Of a stretch of 64,000 nt of DNA, positions 45,085 to 54,753 are shown one piece after another; within the stretch, counting starts at the first letter, position 1; each line of letters opens with the position of its first letter. Made by a program: the position numbers and the translations under genes. This stretch comes from Vulcanimicrobiota bacterium (GTDB lineage: Bacteria; Vulcanimicrobiota; Vulcanimicrobiia; Vulcanimicrobiales; Vulcanimicrobiaceae). Location: NCBI GenBank assembly GCA_963723515.1, contig CAVRQT010000003.1, positions 992,001 to 1,056,000 of the forward strand, in the 5' to 3' direction. The notes beneath the pieces were generated by a model. That model was given only the letters and a program-made list of their open reading frames with translations, was not told the DNA's origin and made no database searches.

Positions 45085-46491
45085 TGCGAGACGGCTTCCG
45101 CCGAGAAGAGATGTCCTAACTTCGAACGTTTGGTTTCGATGTAACCGGAGTTAAACGCAGTCGGCGGCGGTTTGAATCGGGACGCGGTCGATGATGCGCA
45201 AGCCATAGCCCTCCAATCCGAAAATCTTCTTCGGGTTGTTCGTCATCACGCGCATTTCGCGAACGCCAAGATCGAAGAGAATCTGGGAGCCGATTCCGTA
45301 GTCGCGTTTGTCAATGGGAAGTCCGAGCGCCACGTTGGCCTCGACGGTGTCCATGCCGCGATCTTGCAATTCATAGGCGCGCAGCTTGTTGGCAAGGCCG
45401 ATGCCGCGTCCTTCTTGGTGCAGGTAGAGAAAGACGCCGCGCCCTTCCTCGGCGATCATGGCCAGCGCGCCGTCGCGTTGTGCGGCGCAGTCGCAGCGGA
45501 TTGAATGCAACGCATCGCCGGTGAGACATTCGGAATGCACGCGAACGAGGATATTCTTGCCGTCGCCGATCTCGCCCATAATCGCCGCCACGTGGGTCAA
45601 GCCGTCGATCGCGCTTTCGTACGCAACGCCTTGAAAACTGCCGAACGTCGTCGGCAATGCGAAATCTGCAATGCGCTGCACGAGCTTTTCATTACGCATG
45701 CGATAGGCGATCAAATCTTTGACGGTGATGAGGCGCAGATGATGGTTCTTTGCAAAGACGCGCAGCTTGTCGAGACGCGCCATCGTGCCGTCATCCGCCA
45801 TGATTTCGCAGATCACGCCGGCGGGATAGAGGCCGGCAAGTCGAGCGAGATCAACGGCGGCTTCAGTTTGTCCCGCGCGCACGAGCACGCCGCCGTCGCG
45901 GGCTCGCAACGGAAATGTGTGGCCCGGCCGCAAGAAATCGGCTGGACGTGCATTCGGATCGATGAGCGCGGAAATCGTCGCGGCGCGATCGTAGGCCGAG
46001 ATACCGGTCGTCGTTCGGCCACGCGCTTCAACGGAGATCGTGAACGCCGTTTCATGGACGGCGGTGTTTTCGGAAACCATCTGCGGCAGCTGCAGCTCCT
46101 CGAGCCGCTTGCCGGTCATCGGGACGCAAATCAGGCCGCCGGCTTCTTTGCGCATGAAGTTGATCGCTTCGGGCGTGACCATCTGCGCAGCCATGACGAG
46201 ATCGCCTTCGTTTTCGCGATCCTCGTCATCGAGCACGACGACCATCTTGCCGTCGCGGATATCTTTGATAGCAGAGTCGATCGTGTCGAATGCCGATGCG
46301 TCCGGTGGCTTCGCTAAGTCGGGCAGCACCGTCGAAAGGCGCTGCAGCGAGCGGAACGACGGCTCGCGCTGGCCCGAGCGGAGGTAGGAAATCGCGGATT
46401 CTGTTAAGCCGGAGCGCTCGGCCAGCTCGGCCGCGTTGAGGCCGGCGGCATCCATGGCGGATTTGAGAGCGTCAGCGAAGGTGAGCGGCAC
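45081..46491 (-). CDS. ribBA: XRE-family HTH fused to DHBP synthase / GTP cyclohydrolase II (C-terminal frameshift near 45165)
   Basis: N-terminal AELAERSGLTESAISYLRSGQREPS; DDEDRENEGD, RVHSECLTGD, QEGRGIGL and MTNNPKK. Confidence 0.93.
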
Positions 46492-46499
46492 GGAAATTT

Positions 46500-46528
46500 A
46501 GCGTAGGACGCGACTTAACAGATGTCAA
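46500..46528 (-). promoter_or_regulatory. Sigma70-type promoter of HTH-ribBA with a palindrome over the -35
   Basis: Minus strand TTGACA-N17-TACGCT, 8 nt before the GTG start; TTAACA-GA-TGTCAA imperfect inverted repeat at 46515-46528. Confidence 0.65.
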
Positions 46529-46560
46529 CTACCTAGGTGTGACGTGAGCCACGCACCTTC

Positions 46561-46584
46561 TGTCACGCTGAGCTTGTCGAAGCG
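46561..46584 (+). repeat. Single REP-like hairpin copy
   Basis: TGTCACGCTGAGCTTGTCGAAGCG. Confidence 0.85.
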
Positions 46585-46595
46585 CCACCGCCGAT

Positions 46596-46624
46596 ATGAA
46601 AGAGCCGCCCGTTAAGGGCGGCTC
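46596..46624 (-). terminator. Intrinsic terminator
   Basis: Minus strand GAGCCGCCC-TTAAC-GGGCGGCTC (9-bp perfect stem) followed by TTTCAT. Confidence 0.7.
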
Positions 46625-46652
46625 ACGCTGCTGGTAGCAGTAGCACCGTCTT
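46596..46652 (-). ncRNA. Putative ~55-nt sRNA antisense to the adjacent tRNA-like RNA
   Basis: Extended -10 TG-G-TATGAT (TATGAT at 46657-46662), then GACGGTGCTACTGCTACCAGCAG complementary to the tRNA-like D-arm and anticodon, then the terminator. Confidence 0.5.
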
Positions 46653-46680
46653 GACTATCATACCACAGCGGAGCCGCGGT

Positions 46681-46748
46681 TGGAGGTTACGGGAATCGAA
46701 CCCGCCAGCCGGCATTGACGGTGCTACTGCTGCACCAGCAGAACCCCC
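46681..46748 (-). tRNA. Non-canonical compact tRNA-like gene (68 nt; G3:U70/A73; GTC at the anticodon position)
   Basis: GGGGGTT/AACCTCC-A acceptor stem; GCGGG-TTCGATT-CCCGT T-arm; TGCT-GGTGC-AGCA D-arm; TAGCA-CCGTCAA-TGCCG anticodon arm with one mismatch. Confidence 0.65.
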
Positions 46749-46899
46749 GACTGTTCAATCACGGCCCAACCGACGCTGCCAAGTGGCGTAACGATTCACA
46801 TGATCTGCGTGGCGTGACAGTCACGCGCCTCTCCTACGGCCTGGGCGCTGCTCGGGACAAGCGCAAAGCGTAGCGTGACGCAGTAGCAAACATCGCCCA

Positions 46900-48091
46900 A
46901 TGACCACGTTGCTGCAGCGATGGAGATGGCGGCCGGCAGTCGTCATCTATGGCGCCGGCATGCTGCAGGGCTTTGCCTTCACGCTCGTGCCGGCGTTGGC
47001 AACGGTCTTCGCGGCGGCGCCGTATCACATCAATTCACGCGGCTTCGGCATTCTTTTCATTCCGCTGACCGTCGGCGCAATTATCGGCGCTGCCTTAACG
47101 CCGAAACTCGCGGCGAAAACCGACACTGTAACGGTATTGCGCGCCGGCGTTGCTGCCAACATCGCCGCGCTTGGTCGCGCTTCTGATCGCCTCCACGAAC
47201 GCCCGGCAGCGCTGCTTATGTCTTGCTGCTCGTTGATACAACCGCGCTTGGCCTCGGCTTCGGCCTCAATTTCTCGGCGGTCAACGAGCTTGCATCAAAG
47301 CTCTCAGCCAACGAAACGGCTTCCGTCACGATCGCCAACGTTCTCACCGGCCTCGGAACGAGCTTGACGCCGATTATTCTCGGCGCATTTATCGTCCGTT
47401 ACGCGTGGTGGCTATGGCCGGCGCTGCTGTTGATCGCGTTCGCTGCTGTGCTCGTGCTCTCGTCGCGCTGGCGCGAAGCTCGATCGTCTTCAATCGTTCG
47501 TGCGCGCGGCGTTTCACGAACGCTCGATCTTGTTCGGCGTCGCCGCGCTGCTCTACGCGTTTTGCGAAGGAACGTTTTCGAGTTGGGCAACGACGTTTGC
47601 GCACCTCGATCGCGGTTTCTCGCTCGCTACGGGAGAGGCGGCGCTCACCGCTTTTTGGCTCGCGCTGACCGTAACACGCTTAGCGCGCCGCATTCGCGAC
47701 GCGCGTTGTGCCGCCGCGCACGGCGTTCGTCATCTTTCCGGTTCTTATCGCTGCGGCGTTCTTCTGCTTGCCGCTCTGGAAAACCGCAACGCTGCTCGTC
47801 GTCGGATTCGCGCTCGGCGGCGTCGCCTGCAGCATCGTCTTCCCATTTGCAATGTCGTTGGCGCTCGATGCGATGCCCACTGATGCCGATCGCGTCGCCG
47901 GCGTTATGGTGGCGGCGCTGATGACGGGCGAAGGGTTCGGAACGTTCCTTGTCGGCGCACTGCACTCTGACGCGCATCTGTCGCTTGCGGCGATCTACCG
48001 CATCGCGGCCGTCGTTGCGTTCGCCTTGGCGATCGTCTCAATGCTTGCCCGAAGCGCCTCTCGCGAAAGTGCGGTGAACGTCAGATCGTAA
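46900..48091 (+). CDS. MFS sugar transporter (frameshifted)
   Basis: Hydrophobic helices over four frames; LLYAFCEGTFSSW and SIVFP motifs resemble FucP-like MFS. Confidence 0.75.
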
Positions 48092-49102
48092 ACGCGGGCC
48101 TGCCCTGGATCGAGAAACGGCAGCATGCGATGCGCTAAGCGCATACTCGCGTCCTTGAATCGCCGCGGTATTGGCCGGCTCGACCGACATCACGTAATCG
48201 CCGAAGTCCAACTTGCGCCACGTAAAGAGCGCGGGCAGCGCGTTTGGATCGAACGCGATTTCAAATCCGAGTCCGGCGCCCTCCAGCAACTCTTCATTGG
48301 ACGATCGCAGCGCGGGCTTTGAGATCGGCGCACTCGCGCGGCTTATGAATAAAGACTTGCTCCGCGAAGCCGGCCTGCGGCTCGCCGCCGCGATCCCACA
48401 CAGATAATCCCGCCTGCGCTTGCGGATCGCGCGGCTCAACGTTCGTATGCGAGACATGAACGCGCGTCTGCGCGTGAGAGCAGCGGAAAGCCGGCGTTGC
48501 AATGGTAGAGGATCATGTGCGGCGTGCGCGTGCCGCCCTCATTGATGACGACGTCGCGCAAATGGAGCGTCGCGCTGCCAAGTTCGGTCTGCCAGCGCCG
48601 ATGCAGCACGAGCTTTTCGCCGAGCGCTTTCGTTTCACGCATCCGTCCCTCGACCTCAAGGATGCAACGATCGCCATCCCAGTACGTCTTCGTCGAGTAG
48701 TTTTCGCGCCGGCAGATTGTTGATGCGGCCGTGCTGCCCAAAGGTTCCCCACTGATCGCTACCCGGCGGCCCAAAATTTGCTAGCCCGCAAGTCGTCAGC
48801 CAACCGCCAAAAAACGAACGCAGCCATTCATCGCCCGCGGCTTCGTAAAACGCCGGCGCCGCGATATCGTTTGCGCTGCGCCAAACGAACGGCGTGCCGC
48901 GATATGCTGCATGCGCAATATCAAGCGCGCGATCGATGACGATCTCGACGGAGAGCACGCCGGTATCGACGCGCACCGCGCGGACGCCGCGGCCGCGACC
49001 GGACGCATACTCAAACTCCGTGATTCCGCCGACCTGCGCCAGCGAACCAACGCGCGCTTGCAGGTCGTCGCGCGTCAGTTTTTCACCGAAGAGTTCTGGC
49101 AC
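47995..49102 (-). CDS. Aldose 1-epimerase family protein (DUF4432; frameshifted)
   Basis: DRALDI, WLRSFFGGWLTTCGL..FG, HGRINN, PHMILYHCNAGFPLL and YVMSVEPAN. Confidence 0.82.
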
Positions 49103-49111
49103 GGCTCGGCT

Positions 49112-51574
49112 CTACGGCGGCTTGATTTCGAGAATCGCAAACCCGTGGGCATCGATGACGACGGGAATTCCGTCCAAAATCGCCTGCTTTTGGAGTTTTC
49201 CGAGATCTTCCCAGTCGTTCCAAACGCTTGAGAACGTGCGCACGGAATGTTCGTCCGCCGGCAAATCGGATAGCGCGGCCGCCGTCGTTGACGTGCGCGG
49301 GCTCGAGTTTCCGATAAAGATAACCGTGCGGTCGTCATTCGCGAACCCGACGACCGTAACGCGCGGATCGGCAACGCGCACGCTGTCGGTGATGTCGCGC
49401 GCATATTTCGTGATCGGAACGTCCGAACTGAGGTCCGAGGTCGTGTGCAACTGCAGACCATCGGGCATGCGGCACGCAATCCATGCGATCGACTTGCCGC
49501 GAAACGGGACGTTGACCGCGGTCAGCCACCGCCAATCGGCCGCCAAATTTGGATTGATCTTCGCGTCCAACCCAAAGACGTTCAGGCCGCCGGCGCCCTC
49601 GATCGCCGCCCAGAGATAGCGCGGCGCATCCCAGGGGGAGAGCATCATGCCCTGATTGACCAGAATCTCGCCGTGCAGCCACTCCGAAAATTGCCCCGGC
49701 ACCGTGTTGTTGCGGCGCGGATCGCTTGAAAAGTGGCGGAAGCTGCTCGCAAGCGCATGCGCCATGAACGCCGGATCGTGTTTCGCGGCGGCAAACGCAT
49801 ACCAAAATGTGACCGCAACCCAAACGCCGCCGAGCAGTCCATAGCCGTTGACCGGACCGTACGTGAGATCGTCGCGCGGCACGGTACGAATGCCGGCGTC
49901 CGTCCAAAAGCTGGCTTCGCTCAGCGTGCTGATGATGCGCGCGGCGCGGTCTTGCGGAGCAACGCCGAAGAGAACCGGAAAGACGAGATCCGCCGTGATG
50001 TCGGTTCGCTTCGAGCCATCGACGTCGATGTTCAGGTAGTAAAGATCGTTGTCGGGATTGACGAGCTTCGTATTGATCGCCTCACGTAACGCTTCGGCTT
50101 CGCGATCGAAGCGCTGCGCAACGTCAGCCTCGCCAAGGATCTTCGCCATGCCGGAGAGCGCGCGCAAGGCTGCATAGCACTCCGAATTGACTTCCGTCGA
50201 CGCGCCGCTCAAGCGGTAGTTGTCGATGACGTTACGCCATCCGATGATGCCCCAATCTTGGGTCGCCGTCGATGTGCACCAAATGAGTCCGTCCTCGTTG
50301 CGCTGCGAGAGCATGTAGTCCATGGCCTTCACGGCGGCCGGGAACCGTTGTTGGACGAACTCTCTGTTGGCGGTCGCGCCAAAATGGTGCGCGAGCGCAA
50401 TGACGACGAGCGGAGTATTGTCGTTGACGTTGAGGCCGTAATCTTCCCACTTGTCGTTGCGAACGTCGTAATACTCGACGATTTTGCCGTCGGGCTCTTG
50501 CACTCGAAAATATGCATCGAGGGATTGATGCGCGAATTCATGGTTGAGGTAGTCGGCGCCAAAAGACATCCAGGCGGTGTCGCGTCCGACGCTGTTGTTG
50601 CTGCGCGTCGGGTCGTTCGTGAAGCACCAGCCTGTCGGCGCATACGTTTGGACGCGCAACATGTTGGCCTTCGCCCACAAAACGCCCTGATTGACGTCAT
50701 GCGAGGGCGTGCGCAACACCGAACGTCGCAAGTATTGCCAATAGTATTCGCTCGTGCGCCGCTTTGCTTCAGCTCCGTCAGGGCAGCGTTTGCGCGACGC
50801 CGCGAGATCCTCACGAGATTGCGCCGAGAGCACGCAGATAAAATCGACCGCCTGCGTTGCGCCTGGTTTGAGGTCGATCGCAACATGCAGCGCGCCGACC
50901 GGATCGGGCCCGATGTTGACGATGCGGTTGGCGAGCTGGCCCGGAGAAAGCCGCGCCACGACCTTCCCGCGGTCTGAGTTTACTTCCCAGCCATCGCACC
51001 GATCGACCGTTGCAAAGAGGCGGGTCTGCGAAGGATTGGTGCCATTCCAGACGACGATGCCGCCCAGTTCGGCGTCATATTCGGCCTCGATGTCGTGCGC
51101 CGTATTGCCACGCAACTCCGCAAAGCCGTAGGCGTCAAACGAAACCGGCGACTGCGTCGAGTTGGTGAATTCGACGCGATAGTAGACCGCCGGCGGTGGA
51201 ATTTCCGACGTCTTGGTCCACGTGTCGTTGTAGGGAAAGACTTGCTCGTGGACGTCGACGCCGTTGTCGAGCAAGAAACGGTGGTCTTGTCTTTCCGGAT
51301 GGATATGGAATTGGCCGTTGCGCTCGCCCATGCGAATGCGGCTCGTACGATCCCAATAATGCACCGAAACCGCGCCGAAAAAATCATAGCCCGCATCCGG
51401 ACAGTAGATCTTTTGGACGTCGCCCGTTGGTTTGATGATGATGCAGCAGCGCGGCGCGCCGATCGTGCTGCCTTGCGCCATCTCTTCGTCGTTGAGAATG
51501 TACGCGAACTGCGGATCGACGACGGTGCCGCGCGAAACGTCGGCGCCGGTCTCAACGAATGTCGGGAGCGCCAC
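49112..51574 (-). CDS. Six-hairpin glycoside hydrolase (amylo-alpha-1,6-glucosidase/trehalase-like)
   Basis: GRDTAW, E.NSECYAAL, YYLNID, GGVWVAV and FSEWLHG (alpha/alpha)6-type motifs. Confidence 0.75.
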   Translation of the reverse strand: MALPTFVETGADVSRGTVVDPQFAYILNDEEMAQGSTIGAPRCCIIIKPTGDVQKIYCPDAGYDFFGAVSVHYWDRTSRIRMGERNGQFHIHPERQDHRFLLDNGVDVHEQVFPYNDTWTKTSEIPPPAVYYRVEFTNSTQSPVSFDAYGFAELRGNTAHDIEAEYDAELGGIVVWNGTNPSQTRLFATVDRCDGWEVNSDRGKVVARLSPGQLANRIVNIGPDPVGALHVAIDLKPGATQAVDFICVLSAQSREDLAASRKRCPDGAEAKRRTSEYYWQYLRRSVLRTPSHDVNQGVLWAKANMLRVQTYAPTGWCFTNDPTRSNNSVGRDTAWMSFGADYLNHEFAHQSLDAYFRVQEPDGKIVEYYDVRNDKWEDYGLNVNDNTPLVVIALAHHFGATANREFVQQRFPAAVKAMDYMLSQRNEDGLIWCTSTATQDWGIIGWRNVIDNYRLSGASTEVNSECYAALRALSGMAKILGEADVAQRFDREAEALREAINTKLVNPDNDLYYLNIDVDGSKRTDITADLVFPVLFGVAPQDRAARIISTLSEASFWTDAGIRTVPRDDLTYGPVNGYGLLGGVWVAVTFWYAFAAAKHDPAFMAHALASSFRHFSSDPRRNNTVPGQFSEWLHGEILVNQGMMLSPWDAPRYLWAAIEGAGGLNVFGLDAKINPNLAADWRWLTAVNVPFRGKSIAWIACRMPDGLQLHTTSDLSSDVPITKYARDITDSVRVADPRVTVVGFANDDRTVIFIGNSSPRTSTTAAALSDLPADEHSVRTFSSVWNDWEDLGKLQKQAILDGIPVVIDAHGFAILEIKPP

Positions 51575-52353
51575 TAGAGCGAGCCGGCCTGACGCATCAT
51601 GCCGCCGTCGATAAACATCGTCGTCCCCGTGATGTAGGATGCCGCATCGCTGCACAGATACGCGACAAGCGCGGCGATTTCTGGCGGTTCCGCCCAGCGG
51701 CGCAATGGAATTTCACTGAGCAGCTCCTGATCGAGCACCGGATTGCGCTTCGTCGCCTCGTCCATCGGCGTGTCGACGGCACCGGGGCCAACGTTGTTGA
51801 CGGTGATTTTGTACGGCGCCAACTCGACGGCAATCGTGCGCATCAACATGCGCACTGCGCCTTTTGTGGCACAGTAAGGCGCATTTGTCGGCGCGGTCAC
51901 GTCTTCATGAATCGAGGAGATGTTGACGATACGTCCGCCGCGGCCTTGCGCGATCATCTGTTTTGCGGCCGCTTTGCTGCAGAGGTACGCGCCGGTCAGA
52001 TTGACGGCAATGACGAGGTCCCAAACTTCATCGGGCGTGTCGACGAATGGATAGCGATGCTCGATGCCGGCATTGTTGATCATGATGTCCAGCGAGCCGT
52101 AGGCCTTCACGCACGCCGCAACGAGGTTCTCAACATCGGCGGCCTTCGAGACATCCGCCTCAACGGCGATCGCTTTCTGTCCGTTCTTCTCAAGTTCTGC
52201 GACGAGCGTTTGCGCCGGCGTGGCATCGCCGACGTAGTCAACCACAACGTTCGCGCCCTGCGCAGCCAGCGTGCGCACGATCGCCGCGCCGATGCCGGTA
52301 TCGCCGCCGGTGACGATCGCGCCTTTGCCGGCGAGCACGCCGTTCACGTGCAT
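51574..52353 (-). CDS. SDR oxidoreductase, glucose 1-dehydrogenase-like
   Basis: TGGDTGIG, NNAGIE, NISSIHE and YCATK. Confidence 0.9.
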   Translation of the reverse strand: MHVNGVLAGKGAIVTGGDTGIGAAIVRTLAAQGANVVVDYVGDATPAQTLVAELEKNGQKAIAVEADVSKAADVENLVAACVKAYGSLDIMINNAGIEHRYPFVDTPDEVWDLVIAVNLTGAYLCSKAAAKQMIAQGRGGRIVNISSIHEDVTAPTNAPYCATKGAVRMLMRTIAVELAPYKITVNNVGPGAVDTPMDEATKRNPVLDQELLSEIPLRRWAEPPEIAALVAYLCSDAASYITGTTMFIDGGMMRQAGSL

Positions 52354-52782
52354 GCCAGCAGCGCCGCGCGCAACTCGGCCGGAATCGGCCGGCTCTTCAT
52401 CTTCTTACGCTCGACCGTTGCGACGATCAGCGTGCATGAGGCATCGATTTCATCGGTCGCAGCATCGTGCACGTCGATCTTCAAAGTGATTGACGACGTG
52501 CCGATCTTCCCTATGCGCGTGCGCACGACCAGCTCGTCATCCATGCGTGCGGGACGGCGAAAATCGAAATCAAGGTGGACGCGCGGCAGCCAAACGTCGA
52601 GCTGTTCGAACATTCTTGCATACGGGAAGCCAAGTTCGCGGAAGAGCTCCGTTTCGGCAAGTTCGATGAAGCGTACATACGCGCCAAAATAGATGATGCC
52701 GGCGATATCGACGTCGCTCCAGCGAACGCGATCGCGAACTTCAAAGATGCGGCCGCTCGCCTCGTTGCGCTTCAGATTTCAT
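52344..52782 (-). CDS. Acyl-CoA thioesterase (4HBT/YbgC family; start uncertain)
   Basis: RVRWSDVDIAGIIYFGAYVRFIELAE in frame upstream of the 52344..52613 ORF. Confidence 0.85.
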
Positions 52783-53401
52783 GCGCCCATTCGAGCTCCG
52801 CGGCACGCGCTTCACCATCAATCGCAGCGGCCGCGTAGCGTGCTAGCGGATCGACTTCCAGGTTGAGAAGGTCGCCGGCGTTTCGCTCGCCGAGCGTCGT
52901 GCGGCGAAGGGTTTCCGGAATCACAACAACTTCGAATTGCGCCGATCCGACGGAAGCAACCGTGAAACTCACGCCGTCAAGTGCGATGAAACCCTTGTTG
53001 CAAATGAATCGCGCGACGTGCGCCGGTCTCTCGACGGTAAGGCGCGCGCCTTGGCCTTCACTGCGTCGCTGCAGAACCTTCGCCGTGCCATCCACATGGC
53101 CGTAGACAAAATGTCCACCGATCCGATCTCCCACGCGGAGCGCAAGTTCGAGATTAACGCGCTCGCCCTTCTGCAGTCTGCCAAGTGCGGATCGCGCGAG
53201 CGTTTCAGGAACGACATCAAAGCGAATCGCTTCGCCTTCGACGGCGGTCGCGGTCAAGCAAACGCCGTTGACGCAAACTGAATCTTTGGGAGCAACCTCC
53301 GCGGCGATTTCGGGGGCGGTGACGAATAGGGTCATGCCGCCATTCGAGAGCATCTCCGTACGCGCCACGGCGCCGCGATGTTCGATAAGGCCGCTAAACA
53401 G
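52772..53401 (-). CDS. ribE: Riboflavin synthase alpha chain
   Basis: FSGLIE, DSVCVNGVCLT, VNLELAL, GGHFVYGHVDG and IPETLRRTTLG. Confidence 0.93.
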   Translation of the reverse strand: MFSGLIEHRGAVARTEMLSNGGMTLFVTAPEIAAEVAPKDSVCVNGVCLTATAVEGEAIRFDVVPETLARSALGRLQKGERVNLELALRVGDRIGGHFVYGHVDGTAKVLQRRSEGQGARLTVERPAHVARFICNKGFIALDGVSFTVASVGSAQFEVVVIPETLRRTTLGERNAGDLLNLEVDPLARYAAAAIDGEARAAELEWAHEI

Positions 53402-54507
53402 CGCGCACGATTCCGATCGCAAGCATATCTTCGCCGAGCGATTCGACGCGTTCAAACTCGATGCTTGGCAGCATGCTATCCGCGCCTTGCGTCAACGCCG
53501 GTACCGCATCTGCCGAGCCGATTTTTGCCGGCGAGGTGAGCCAGTAGACACGATCGATACAACCTTGCTGCGAGCAGCCGAGCGGCCAGCGTTGGGCCGC
53601 CTTCGCATAGCACACTCTCGATGCCGTGGCTTCGCAGCGCCTGCATCGCTGCTTGAAGATCGAGCTGCGTGTCGTTCTCCGCACCGACGAAGATGACGTC
53701 GGCGACTTCTCGCAGCGGTTCGAAGAGCATTGTGCGGCCGGCCGGCGCAAGCACGATGGTTCGTTGGTAATTCTCGACGGACGCAAACACGCGCGCAGTT
53801 GACGGTACTGTAGCCGTCTCGCAAACAATGACGCGCGCATATGGCTTCGCGCGATCGTGTGGCGGACGAACGGTCAGGAGCGGATCATCGACGCGAATCG
53901 TGCCCGCGCCGACCATCACCGCATCATGAGCAATGCGAAGTTCGCGGACGTACCGGCGTGCATCTTCGCCCGTAAGCCACTGCATTTGACCTTTGCGCGA
54001 TGCGATAAAACCGTCCGCCGATGAGGCCATCTTGAGCGCGATATATGGACGGGCCGATGTGACGGCTCTTCGAAACGGCTCGATAAGCTCGAGCGCTTCA
54101 GGATCGTCGCAAACATCAACGGTGATGCCGGCGTTCTGAAGGGCTGCGATTCCGCCACCGTTCGTCACGGGATTTGGGTCTCGCGCTCCGATAACAACTC
54201 GTGCAAGACGCGCTTCGATCAACGCTTGCGTGCACGGCGGTGTCTTGCCGGCATGGTTGCATGGCTCCAACGAAACGTACATCGTCGCGCCGCTCGAGTC
54301 TCCCGCCGATTGCAAGGCCTCAATTTCGGCGTGCGGCTCACCGGCTCGATGATGGTATCCTTCGCCGATAATCGCGCCATCCTTGACCAACACCGCGCCA
54401 ACGGGCGGATTCGGCGACGTGCTGCCAAGCCCGCGCCTCGCTAACTCATATGCGCGTTCCAAAAAAAGGCGATCTACGCCGTTTAACGGTGGCTTGAATG
54501 CTTGCAA
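53394..54507 (-). CDS. ribD: Riboflavin biosynthesis deaminase/reductase (frameshift near 53570)
   Basis: PNPPVGAV, PHAEIEAL, LEPCNH.GKTPPC and VLCEGGPTL. Confidence 0.94.
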
Positions 54508-54535
54508 GGGGAGTAGCTTCTACGCGCTCGTTCCC

Positions 54536-54753
54536 TGTCACCCTGAGCTCAGCTTGCACTGAGCGGGGTCGAAGGGTCGAAGCGCCATGACAATGTTGCG
54601 CTCCGAGAAGGTCCCTGTGTCACACTGAGCTTGTCGAAGTGCGCCCGGTCACGCTGAGCAGTGCGCCTGTGCTGAGCGGCGTCGAAGCGTCGAAGCGCAC
54701 GACAATGTTGCACTCCGAGAAGGTCCCTGTGTCACACTGAGCTTGTCGAAGTG
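54536..54753 (+). repeat. REP-like cluster with a 53-bp direct duplication and nested copies
   Basis: 54589-54641 and 54701-54753 differ at one base; each ends in TGTCACACTGAGCTTGTCGAAGTG. Confidence 0.85.

Noticed and set aside
46492..46600. FMN riboswitch upstream of ribBA (or of ribD near 54510)
   Set aside because: No AGGGCGGGGTGAAATTCCC-like core was seen; the ribBA promoter abuts the start codon
46681..46748. tRNA-Sec (selC), since TCA occurs in the loop and a Sec-FDH is nearby
   Set aside because: It is only 68 nt with a 7-bp acceptor stem and no long variable arm, and TCA cannot be centred in a paired 7-nt loop
46596..46748. Standard or permuted tmRNA, suggested by the GGGGG start and G3:U70
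   Set aside because: There is no tag reading frame or pseudoknot region, the GAC motifs flanking the tRNA-like domain are missing, and the order is not permuted
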